From NCBI RefSeq assembly GCF_000150275.1, contig NW_002060953.1, positions 1,523,693-1,587,692 on the forward strand: DNA of 64,000 bases, read 5' to 3'. This DNA is from Trichoplax adhaerens. Lineage: Eukaryota; Animalia; Placozoa. Under the pieces are notes generated by a model. It made no database searches. It was not told where the DNA came from and worked only from the letters and a program-made list of their open reading frames with translations. Each line of letters begins with the position of its first letter. The first letter of the stretch is position 1. A program made the position numbers and the translations under genes. Below, piece by piece: positions 11,939-23,572 of this stretch.

Positions 11939-14100
11939 CCTTTTACAGATTTAAAGGAAAAATCAATGATACTTGCCGTAGCTTCTTGCTTTTGGATTTA
12001 ATTCAGGATGGAAAGAATAATACCAATTTTCGTGAAAGGCAGAAAAATAATGCAACTCCTCCACTGTATAATGTAATAAGAGCATCTAAGCTAGTAACTA
12101 GGCATTCATCTAGCAATAACTCAAAGAAGAGGTCGATTGTACTAATGACTATTATTAAAATAGTCGTTAATAGATATCGTTTGATTCACTAAAATTATCT
12201 GGGAGATGACGACTTTCATAATTAAAAAAAATTAACAGATGCAATATGGTAATCTATACCATTTCATTTAAGTAAATAAAATAGATTAGAACATTACTTA
12301 GAAATTCCATTTGATTATCAGCTTTGGGTTACCAATATAGTTCTGATGGTGTACTTAAGCTTATTATAACTGAAATGCTATTAGCGATCAATAAAACAAG
12401 AACTATCATGAGAATTTGATTATGATTTTTAGTTAATTTATTTCTGAACTCACTTTGATTAAACTTGTGCAAAAATATTACATATATTCGATAAATTTTA
12501 CATAACTTCGTCGTATCCCTACCTATATATGCTGTCGTTGCCAAATATAATCTTGCTTGACAGACAAGAACGGATGATTCTAATATAAAGGCAGTTGATG
12601 CAGGAATACATAATGCAGTAAAAATCAAAAATATTAAGAAGCAAGTAATTAGATACTTTACGACAGGTGTATTTCGTTTAGTGCTTATAGTTATCCAAAT
12701 TACGACCACAATTATAAAATATATAAACTCAATTAAATAACTAAAATCGAAATAGGGTCATTAAACTGTTTCTTTGCTAGTGGCAGATTGAAACATTTAG
12801 TCTCGTTATTGTTTGGATCAGCATCTAACAAACATAGAATACAATTATGTCCATTACAACTCTTAGGTATATCTGCATGATATGATTGACAAATTCGATA
12901 AAATCGACAACATGATTAATATCGATAATACAATGATTCCTTTGATTGTAAATACTGACCAGGAAGGCAGGTATTTAAACATTGTGCTTCTGGTATCTGA
13001 CCCCATGATTGGTTAGCGTTCCAAATTATACTAGCTATATTAATCAATAAACCACGTCTTTGATTCTAATAGCAAATTATAACAGGTTTTGTAGCTTTAT
13101 CTAATGTTTCTGTCTCTCTTTTTAAGTTAACAATATCAATTGAGGGTATGCTGGGTGTATTTTCGCAAATAGAAAAGAATGACTAGAGATTCCTTTAAAT
13201 TGGATAGATTGTAATATGCCATTGAATTAATGATGATTTAATGTTAGATTTTCAAGTCTTGAACAATATATTGCATTACAGTTTGATATACGACCTAATG
13301 AATGTACTAATGCTAAAACAGCATCCATGAAAAATATTGAGTGAGCATCAATCTTGTAAAACTGATGGGAATATTGAGTTTTCCAACTGATGTCAAGTCC
13401 GTAATTTGCAATAAAGCTGACATTATTAAAAACCAATTTTTATGAATATTTGACGCCATGCTTTTGCAAACCAAATATTTCGAATGTAATTCCATAAATC
13501 GAGTTCAATTAAAAAGGTTTTGTATTTGTGAATTTCATTTGAATTAAATGCAACAGCGAGAGCTCCTTCAAGTATATCAGCGCTTATAGAATAAATTGAC
13601 CGCGATATTAATCATTCTACCAAGCCAATCCATGTTTTCCATCTAAATTTTGACTTTCGGCTTGTTTCAATAATTAGTATAAATAATGTGTATTGCCAAG
13701 AAGTAAGACGATTGGTGATTGAGATTGATTTTGTAGTTTCACAATAATATATTTTATATCTGAATGTTCAGATTTATCTCGAATAAAGAATATTTGATTG
13801 GAGCATAAATGATTTTGTCGTAAAACTAACTTAGTTTAATGTATGTTATTTTTAGTAACTGTATCGCCAGCAACGACGATTGTAATCCAATTCCATTTGA
13901 AATAGTTTATTACTTCGGGCATGACATACCTATCAAAGTAGTCGGGAATTGAGGTACGATAAAGATACAGATCGCAATTGAATTTGGTACCACTAATACA
14001 ACTATTGGAGATTTACGGAATTTTTAATAAATTCGTACAATTTGCAATGGAAAGGGTAGTATTTAGTGACTATGCGCCAATAATCGAAACTATGGATGGA
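11939..14100 (-). pseudogene. Class C GPCR pseudogene with frameshifts and stops, N-terminus missing, C-tail running into an assembly gap
   Basis: Colinear minus-strand fragments: SIVSIIGA, YLYRTSIP, NYFKWNWITIVVAG, FFMDAVLALVHSL, TKRNTPVVK, LCKIYRI, SRHLPDNFSES, HPELN and ASIIDFSFK, separated by stops and frameshifts. Confidence 0.9.
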
Positions 14101-14503
14101 TTAATGATTAGACTTTAAATGACGAAAATACTTGAATATGTCGATGCTTTAATATCAATATAGCATTGATGATTAAATGGTATTGCGGATGATTGATACC
14201 GTTGTAAATGGTGATACCTTACGTATAACGTACCATTGGAATAAAATTAATTACTAATTACCGTACATTTTAGGCCTTATAAAGAATATATATTGTATAA
14301 GTAGCCAGATGGCTGTAAGGATTGATAATAGTAGGATGTATGTAGTATTTGTGATTCGTAATAGACTGTTAGGATAAAAATGATTAAACATCTTAACTAT
14401 CGACGTACGAACATTTTCTATCTCTATGCTATCTACTTATCGTAACGGCAGTCTACTAAAAGACTGGAATCGTATTTTCCTACGGAGGTTACCAGAATGT
14501 GAG

Positions 14504-14785
14504 GCAACTACGGTACTTTACTTAGTAGTCGCTTTTGGTTGAGCTCATAGAGATAGCAGTTAATAATATATACGGAATGCAAAATAAACCAGACTGATTT
14601 TAAGATTCTAGCCTTTGTAGAAAGTAATAATTACCTACGATACTTTATTAAGAACAAATTTCAATTCAATAAAGGATTTCCTGTAGTAAATTAGCCCACA
14701 ACACGAAATAGTAGAAGCATACTAGTGATACAAATCCAATCTGGTTGGCTGATATAACTCTGATTGGAAATTACACTAGCATTAT
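14504..14785 (-). repeat. Copy B of the roughly 290-bp duplicated segment
   Basis: Aligns by eye to 9697-9985. Confidence 0.75.
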
Positions 14786-16432
14786 TTTCTGCTTGATACG
14801 TAATAATACGGATCCCTACTTAAAAGTTCTTATTACGAACGTATAATATTCCGTATTATGCTATTAGAGAATCTCGCATCAAGGTAAATAAAGCAGACTA
14901 ATCGAAGATATAGCTATTATCTATACGATGACTTAGATAATAGCATAACTTCATTGATCAATATTCTGATAGCACGGATTTCTTAATAGCAAGCAATGTC
15001 TGATAATATTGCTACATGCGGCCGTATATAATATCATTGATGTAAAACATAGACAAGACCTTAAATTTGCTTAAGGATATCATCATGACTTAAAGGAAAA
15101 TAAGATTCATCTCGTAGTATTGGATCAATTTACACATTATTGATAATATATTTATAGCAATACCGTAAATGATGGTAATAAAAATGTTACAATATCATAA
15201 ATATCGCTATCGCAACACCAGTTCGAAGAAAATAGCAGTAAAATTAACCTTATTACTGATAATAGATATTCAAATTAGGTAGATCTCCTATTAATTTTCG
15301 ATGGGATAATTATAAGTTAATTATACAGTTGTTAGGATCTAGTAAGAAAAAAGAATTTATTTGAAGACACTGCAAACTACCCTTGTGACCAAGGGCTGAA
15401 TTTAAGCATTATTAGCTACCTTTGTAAATTACTAATCTATCTTTTAGCGCAAAAATCAAAATTTGCATTATTTGCAAATCTATTCCTTACAATAACGGAG
15501 CTATGTTGCAGTTTTTCGAAATAACCTTAACAATTATCTCTCAAGTACTCCAGATAGTCAACATAATAATTACGAAATAATTCAAGAACTCTTTATTAAT
15601 AATCAATAGACCTCGCTGAGTTATCTGTTGAAATAAGAACTAGAACTGTTAACCATAGATGCAGCCTATTTATACGATCTCATAAGTAGGAGACTGGTAA
15701 GTGATGATCGGTTCAGGGCTAGTCTAATCTCGTTTATCTAATATCAGCAGCGATTTGAGATAAATAACTTGTACTAAGAATAATCAATTGCTATTCAGAT
15801 ATTTCCGTTCCATTTTTAAAGATTTCCTTATTCAAAATGCAGATATTATATAGTGTATCAATTTAATCGCAGTTTGAAAGGTTGTAGTAGTACATAATTA
15901 TGGCTTATAATTTCTGATAGTGAAGCCAATTATTTTGTGAACGCTAGTGTCCCATACCTAAATCTTTTATATTGCATTCTTCGTTACTTTCAATGATCGT
16001 CTTTTGTTAACTTAGACAATCTTACTGAAATTATTTGCACTTTTAAAATAAATATATCGTGAAATATTTGTTTATGAGCTAGACCCATTACTCTATTTAG
16101 GATAGATAATAATAATAAGTAATTTGAATTCTTTTTCCTATAATACATAAAGTGATCATGTATAGCTTATCTTTGACGCAAGAATTTCCAAATAATATTA
16201 TAATTGAAATAGTCTAACTTAGAAAGATCACATTTATTGAACTAGTAACTGTCTAAAAATCTTAAATGATATAGCGCTTCCTATCTTCATAATTAGAATA
16301 GGCAGCTAAGACCTTGATTTTACTTAGGGATTTAATTAAGTATTTACGCCAAATCGTCCTAGTTTCAACCGTACTACTATAAGATTAATTGATACCCAGC
16401 ATACAATATCAGAAATATGATAGAGATTTTAC

Positions 16433-19201
16433 TTATTCGTAGCAGTCACTGTCTTTTGAAATATTGACAACAGCAATTGGTTCTGGGTGCACTTGTGTTG
16501 TATTCGATCTGCGTTCTAATAATGTTGTCATAGTTCCTGAGCTAGAGCTTGACGTAAAGAATCCATTAGATTTTGTAGACTTACCAGAACTATGAAAGGA
16601 ATAATTAGTTATACTGGACATGATTTGTTGCCGAGTATTCAATTCTGATTTATAAAAGATAATATAGAGCTTGGGAAGAAATAAACAAAGCAATGGCGAA
16701 GAACCGATGATTAAAGTAGTTATCCCTCTTACGCTATCAGCCATACTTCCGCTTACTATAAATGTAATAGGGAAGCAACAAATTCCTAAAACCACTATTA
16801 ACAGCGATGATAGATAAATATGTTTTGATTCATTGAAATTATCAGGTAATGAGCGTGCTTTAAACGCAAAGTAGAGGCTAAGTAGTCCTAAAACAGCCAT
16901 CCACGTTAATAAGTTGATATCGAAATAGAAATTGTCAACATGACATAATATTTCCACTTGGTTATCATATGTGCGCTGCATTTTAATATTAATAGGTTTG
17001 GAAATAACTAAGCAAAGTAAAATTCCATTGACTACTAGTATAATAGTAAAAATAAAAGTAAATTGACTTCTATTCTTTGTTAAATGTGCCAGTTTTGCCC
17101 TCTTATTAACCGGATTGTGAAATATCGTAGAAACTTGATTTGTTTTACAAAGTATAGTTGCATAAACACCTATAACAAATGTGGTTATCATAAATATCCG
17201 TGTATAACAAATGGCTATGGTTGGCTGGGCTAGGAATAGAAAAGAAGCTGGTACACCTATTGCATGAAAAAATAGTAATAAGCTAGTAAGTTTAAAATTA
17301 GAACCTTTAACGATTGGAGTATTGCGCTTAACAATAATGACCGTCCATATGACAATTAAAAGGACAAAATATATCGTTACTATGATAAAATAAATGATTT
17401 TCATCGGTCTTCCATATCGCGCTTGGACTAATGGCAATGGTACACACTGCGTATTATTATGATTTGGATTGGTTAAATTTGGACACTGCGTGCAATAAAG
17501 AGAATTCATTTTATTCGTGATGCTATGCCCCTGACATTTCTTACAAGTCCAGCAGCAAGATAATTGACTCTGATGAATTTCTAAACCTTGATACATATGA
17601 TAGCCGGGAAGGCAATCTGCGGAACATCGTGATACAGGTATTTGAGTCCAAGGCTTATTTCCATTCCAAATGATTTTGTTGTCACTAATTAATAAGCCAC
17701 TTTTCCTGTCCCATGAACCAATTACAACTGCTCTTATTCTACTGTGTCCTTTTACCAATATTCTTTGCAAATTGACAATATCAAGAAGTGAATCTGTGTT
17801 TCCATCTGATCTAAAAGTAAATGCATAGCTTGATTTGCTAGCGAAATGAACACGACCTAAAATATCGTTGAAAAGCTCTCTGTCCAGGCTAGATGTTTGC
17901 GTTAGTGAGCAATGAGTATAATTACAGCCTAATAAACTATGCAAAGCATGGCCGTAAGCCAAGACTGCATCCATAACGAAGACTGCTTTAAAGCTTGGAG
18001 AATAGAATGAATTTCCCAACGATCTTTTCCATTCTCCATTTAATGTGCAATTGGCAACAGTTTTATCTACATCTAAACCTAATTCTGTTAACTTTTTCCG
18101 CCATAATTTCATAAACCACGGGTTGCCTAAATTATTGCAGAAATTGAGTTGGTGTAAATATTCGTCAAATCCTTTTATAGATTGACTATTGAAAGCAATA
18201 CCAATAGCACCGCCAATAATGCGATAATCAATTTGTTGAATTTTTCTTGATGTTAGCCAAGTATAGGAACCAATAAATGTTTTACCGGTCAAATTTTGAG
18301 CTTGTGCTTCCAATAAGAAGCTGTAGATAGTAGTTTCCTTGCCAAGAAGAACGATAGCTTGAGCTCGAGACTGATATTTTAGTTTCGATACAACGTTAGC
18401 GATTGCTTCCAGAGTAGCATTGTTTCCTAGTCGATAGATTTCTTCGTAGCATATTAAATGTTTATTTTGAGCTTCACTTTTGCTAGATTGAATCATTTCG
18501 AAAGTTGATTTGTCTGTGAGAACAAAAGAAATCCAGTTCCATTTAAAATAATTGATTATATCAAATATATTTTTAATTTGAGTAGTAGAGGATATAGATG
18601 TGCGATAGAAATATGAAAACACTTTACGGTTATTTAATAATTTGTCAAAAGAAAAGTAACTAATCTGTGGTATCTTTAAGCTGCTAGTCAATGCTGCCGT
18701 AGAAATGGTAATATCTTCATTTTTTGCACCGATTAAGCCAACTATAGGTGACGAATTTGTATAAGGACTAATTCTAGATTGCGTAACATTGTTATCAGTA
18801 AACTCTAAATTACACCGCAACTGTGGGAAGTTTCGCCTCTCAGATAGTATTAAATTAGAGGCAACATTTTGTAAGGCGACAGTACGATTTTCACAGGAAT
18901 CGATGATTTTCCAGCCAATTTTAATGCCTGGTAATAAATAAGGATTGTTATTGATAAACTTATCAATAGCATAAATCATAGCTTGAGTTAACTGTACATT
19001 TTCCGGGTTTAAGTTATAGCATTGTCTGGTTAAAGGATCATATCGGCCGGAATTGGGAAAAATTCCCTGCAGTAGAAATTGTCCTGATTTTGTGGCTACC
19101 ATAGTTGCTGTAGTAGGCTTGAAGAGTGACAAGATTGCCAAATAGTGCAGTAACAGGCTAATGAGAATAGTAGTCATTGCACTAAAATACTGATATTTCA
19201 T
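16433..19201 (-). CDS. Class C GPCR, array copy 2, 922 aa from ATG 19201
   Basis: Same architecture as copy 1. The ORF track starts at TTG 19249. The first ATG (MKYQYF) at 19201 is followed by a signal peptide. Confidence 0.95.
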   Translation of the reverse strand: MKYQYFSAMTTILISLLLHYLAILSLFKPTTATMVATKSGQFLLQGIFPNSGRYDPLTRQCYNLNPENVQLTQAMIYAIDKFINNNPYLLPGIKIGWKIIDSCENRTVALQNVASNLILSERRNFPQLRCNLEFTDNNVTQSRISPYTNSSPIVGLIGAKNEDITISTAALTSSLKIPQISYFSFDKLLNNRKVFSYFYRTSISSTTQIKNIFDIINYFKWNWISFVLTDKSTFEMIQSSKSEAQNKHLICYEEIYRLGNNATLEAIANVVSKLKYQSRAQAIVLLGKETTIYSFLLEAQAQNLTGKTFIGSYTWLTSRKIQQIDYRIIGGAIGIAFNSQSIKGFDEYLHQLNFCNNLGNPWFMKLWRKKLTELGLDVDKTVANCTLNGEWKRSLGNSFYSPSFKAVFVMDAVLAYGHALHSLLGCNYTHCSLTQTSSLDRELFNDILGRVHFASKSSYAFTFRSDGNTDSLLDIVNLQRILVKGHSRIRAVVIGSWDRKSGLLISDNKIIWNGNKPWTQIPVSRCSADCLPGYHMYQGLEIHQSQLSCCWTCKKCQGHSITNKMNSLYCTQCPNLTNPNHNNTQCVPLPLVQARYGRPMKIIYFIIVTIYFVLLIVIWTVIIVKRNTPIVKGSNFKLTSLLLFFHAIGVPASFLFLAQPTIAICYTRIFMITTFVIGVYATILCKTNQVSTIFHNPVNKRAKLAHLTKNRSQFTFIFTIILVVNGILLCLVISKPINIKMQRTYDNQVEILCHVDNFYFDINLLTWMAVLGLLSLYFAFKARSLPDNFNESKHIYLSSLLIVVLGICCFPITFIVSGSMADSVRGITTLIIGSSPLLCLFLPKLYIIFYKSELNTRQQIMSSITNYSFHSSGKSTKSNGFFTSSSSSGTMTTLLERRSNTTQVHPEPIAVVNISKDSDCYE

Positions 19202-21625
19202 GGTTAAATTTCCACGGAAAAGTAAAATTATTTCGTTAAAATTGATCAATCGATCTTGTCCTTGTATTAACCTCGGTTATAAATGACACTTTAATTTGAA
19301 TAGCGGAAATAAAAATTCTCTTGCAAATTAATGGTTGATTTTTTACATAACTTGCCCAATAATTAACACCTGCTCAAATAATTCAACACTTCTAATTCTA
19401 AATTGGTGTTAATGACAAAATTAATATTAAGAAAGAAAACTTCGATAGTGGTGAACAGTATTTTTATAACATTGTTATAATATAATGTGAAATAGTAACT
19501 AAACAGCTATTTAAGCTATCTTAATATTACTAAATCAATTTTTTTGACAACAACATGTTTCCTTAGCATTATGAATCTGTATTTATCATTTATCAGGACT
19601 CTTATGCTTTCTGTATAACTTCGATTAACTATCACTTGTTCAAGTGTGCTCGTGCATAGGCATACGAACTCTGAAATAATACATCAGCATCTGGTTTCAA
19701 TTAGTATAGAACAATCTCACAAAAAAAAGTAGTAAGAATTTAATTAGGAACTAAGTCATCAATCTACGTGATGCCATTTCGTTATGAAATAAATTTTGAA
19801 TTTACCGGCACAAACTAAAAAGAGAGAGATATTTACATCGCAAATGTTGGAATATAAAATAAAATTCAACAATCTGCAAATTTATCAAAAAATTATTGTG
19901 TAATAAGATATGCTATCCATTTGGTAATGTCAGCTGTGTCTTCTCAGTTTTAACTTTTCAATTCTATTGCCTTAACAATATCAGAATAAATAATTACTTT
20001 GATAGTAGGTACAGATAATGTTCTTGGATGGAGACGATTTTTGAATTCTTTTATTGTAAATCATAGTTTGTAAGACTGGGAAATTGAATGACAGCGCAAA
20101 CTAGGCAGTTTGTATAAACTTACATGAGTGTCTTCTGATTATAAGCAAATTAGAATGACAGTACCATCTCGATAGCTTATGAAAAAAGAGCGAATATCAC
20201 CTGATTATAATCAAAAGAGCTTATTGTAACAACTACACCAATGCCCATACAAGAATAATAGAACATAGAAATTCTAAGTTTCATATACTCTAATATATTC
20301 GCTTCAATGCATGCAGCTAGAAAGGGAATCCAATGCAAATAGAGCAAATTTTTTTTAGCTAAAATTCATATAAAATTATAAGAACAAAGCGTCACGTAAT
20401 TAGTTTCGTGGCACGGATCTTGCAAGTGCTTACTGTATAGAATAAGGAAATAATCATTTATAAGGCCAATAAACCATGTTGCACTTTCAATTATAGCTAA
20501 ATCTATTTGTTAATATAGTTAACAGAGTTAATGGTATTCTAGATTTTATTATGCTTCATTTGTCAGTAAAACGTTGAAGTACGGTATTATCCTACAATTA
20601 ATAGTTATAGAACTCCAGTGAACGTTGTAGAATTGCATTTAGGATAGAAAAGATTAAGCCAATAACTTAAGTATTAGAAACTTTGCTTAAATGCGAAAAT
20701 ACCATTCATGATTTCTCTAAAGAATTGAATTCTCTTGAGGATCTATCAGGTTTCTATTACTATCCAAATTATTAAAGTCTCAGTCAAGAATTATAATTCG
20801 GTCTATAGCTTTGATGTTAAGAAAGGTTTGTGCTATCAGTGACCTAAACTAATTATGTATATAGAAAGTAATATAGGATATATACAAACAGTAATGGACA
20901 GAGCAGAAAATCCATTTACATGCTAGCAATTATTCCAATGACTGAATAGCCGAAAAATTATAAATACTTACTACATTTTATTATCGTATTTAGTAATATT
21001 ATTTTACCTGAACTTAATGAAGCACAAATTATAACTTAACTTATCTTAGTCTGTTTTAGCGACTACGGTATCAAAGTAGCTTTTATAAAATATCCACAAA
21101 TAGACATCATTTGTACAGACCTGCTAATAACGTTCTGACACCTTAAAAAGCCAATTTAATATAGCTATCTATCAAGGATCATTTTTCACATTCATTTTGA
21201 AGATATTTTCAGAAGATATAAGTCTATTTTTAAGTAGCAATTTGAATGTTGTGTATGATGTTCATGTACAGCGTAATGTAATATTCTATTAATAAAAGGC
21301 CAAATAATTTCTGTTGTTTATCTACTAGATAATGTAGTTTCATCTCAAGGTTGCAAAGTTTTATACTTATATATGCAAATTTCAATACAGCCACAAAACT
21401 GAGCTTACAAATAATGTAAATTAGATTGAATTGACTTAATGATTAAAATTGTTTTTAAAAATTGCGGAGAAAGTTTCCTAAATTTTCCTTTCTTCAATGC
21501 AGAATAAGAAGTAAGAATTCATAACATGGCATACAATTTCGATGCTCTTATCTTGAGTTCGCTGTCTCTCGATTGTAACGGGATTAATCATGATAAGGCA
21601 AAATAAAATTTCATTAACCAAGGAA

Positions 21626-22270
21626 TCAATACATGCTATAAAAATGAACTAAGTTCCCTTTAGAATCAAAGCCGTCAGCTTGACTTGATATACCCTTAAA
21701 ACGAATGTGACATAAAATAGCGTTAAATTTGTTTCTATTTAACTTATTAGTTATTAATGATGGACAATGAGTAGGATTGTAACCCAACGCTTTATGCAGT
21801 GCATGACCGAAAGCTATAACTGCATCCATAACAAATACTGCCTCATAGATGCGAGAATAAAATTTGTTACTAAATTGTGTTTTTAAAGAACTATCCAGCG
21901 TACAATTAGCCGTAATCATATCAGCATTTAAATCCAATTCTGATAATTTTTGATGCCATAATTGCATGAACCGTGGGTTATCCAAATTATTGCAAAAATT
22001 AAGTCGGTCTAAATAGTCCCGGAAGCCTTCTAATGACCTACTACTAAAAGCAATTCCAATTACAGCGCCGATAATGCGATAATCAATTTCTTGAATTCTT
22101 GGTGATGAAAGCCAGGTATAGGAACCAATGAAAGTATTACCGGTTAAATTATCAGCTTGTGTTACAAGAAAAAAGCGGTAAATAGTATTTTCATTACCTA
22201 GAAGAATTGCTTTAGAGTGAGCGTTACGTTTTAATTTTAACACAACGCCAGTAATTGCTTCCTCAGTATT
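21626..22270 (-). pseudogene. Isolated fragment of a class C GPCR (C-terminal half of the VFT), closest to copy 2
   Basis: TEEAITGVVLKLK..GNTFIGSYTWL..IDYRIIGAVIGIAF..LNFCNNLDNP..FVMDAVIAFGHALH. Similarity stops after FDSKGN. No start codon, Cys-rich domain or 7TM is adjacent. A 50-N gap lies just upstream. Confidence 0.85.
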
Positions 22271-22394
22271 ATTTTAGTCAAGCTCATATATTCCTTTATC
22301 ACGTAACAATCAAAGGCTCAGTACAAAGCAACAGAAATTACTATTGTGTGAATATTAGTTATCACCTCTGTAAATACATTGCTCTGCACAGAGT

Positions 22395-22444
22395 NNNNNN
22401 NNNNNNNNNNNNNNNNNNNNNNNNNNNNNNNNNNNNNNNNNNNN
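22395..22444. other. Assembly gap
   Basis: Run of N. Confidence 1.
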
Positions 22445-23572
22445 ATTCTTGAATTGGATTTTTATGAGCTAAAATTATAAACCGTACTCATAAGTTAACG
22501 GTTACTTCGTATTATATTGTCTAGTTGAAGTTGTTAATAATATACGACAGAAATATTGCATCAAGAGATTTGATGTTCTCTTTAAAAGCACAATCATTAA
22601 TTAGTGAAACAATTCCTAAGTTAAAAGACTGGATCTCTGAAACAAATTTTAAATTCAATTTTATTTTCTCTAAGAAGCAATTATAAGCCTTTAATAAAAT
22701 AAATTCACGTTTCAGATAGTACATCTATAACATAATAAGAATAAATGCTATGTTTAGTCTTCTAGGTAAGTGAGCATACTTGCCTTTATCAAATTGATTT
22801 CGTACACTCATATAAGTCTTTAACCTTTACATAGTAGTTAGAGCCTTGAAATAAATAGCTAGTACGTCAAGCTGGCTTCAATGGCAACTGTACGCTATGA
22901 GGAAAATTCTTACCGAATTGGAATTGATTAAATGATATAACACTGTCTTACAAGCATATTACATTAAAAATTTCATATTCTTTAAATATGAACAATAAAT
23001 TATTAAATGATAATTTTCAGCTCAAGGGATAATTAATTGTCGATCCTTCGCTAAACTGAAGGAATTGCGGTTTGCTTATAGGATGATAAACGCAATTTCC
23101 GCTATACATACTTCATTGTTTCAAAATGAGCTTTCGCTATTGCTATTTAGCTTCATTAATGTGCATTTACAAGAATATTAATTAATTCAGTTTTGGTTAC
23201 AGTAGCATATTTATTTAAGTATCAATCTGCATAACAGCTATATATTAGAAGTTAATGATAAAATGTTTACCTCAATACTTCGTTGTGGTATGTAATTCCT
23301 TGCCATGTATTAATTATCGGCCATTTACTTTATTTGTAAGAAAATTATTCCACTCATTGGTAGGAGTGATCTGCTATTCGTAAAATTTTAATATCATTAA
23401 GATAAAAAACGGAATGGGTAAGGATTATAGAAATTGCAACTCAAACTTTAGCTCTACAGAACTTTTCAGAAAATTTCTAGCTAATCTTCTTTATTAACAG
23501 TAGAAGAGTTTCGAAAACGTCAGAATAATGTATAGATAATGGTCGAGTTATGATTTGATGACGAGAAAATTG

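Noticed and set aside
11577-12192. ORFs made mostly of X (also at 22255, 41124 and 47649-48497)
   Set aside because: Artefacts of translating through N gaps.
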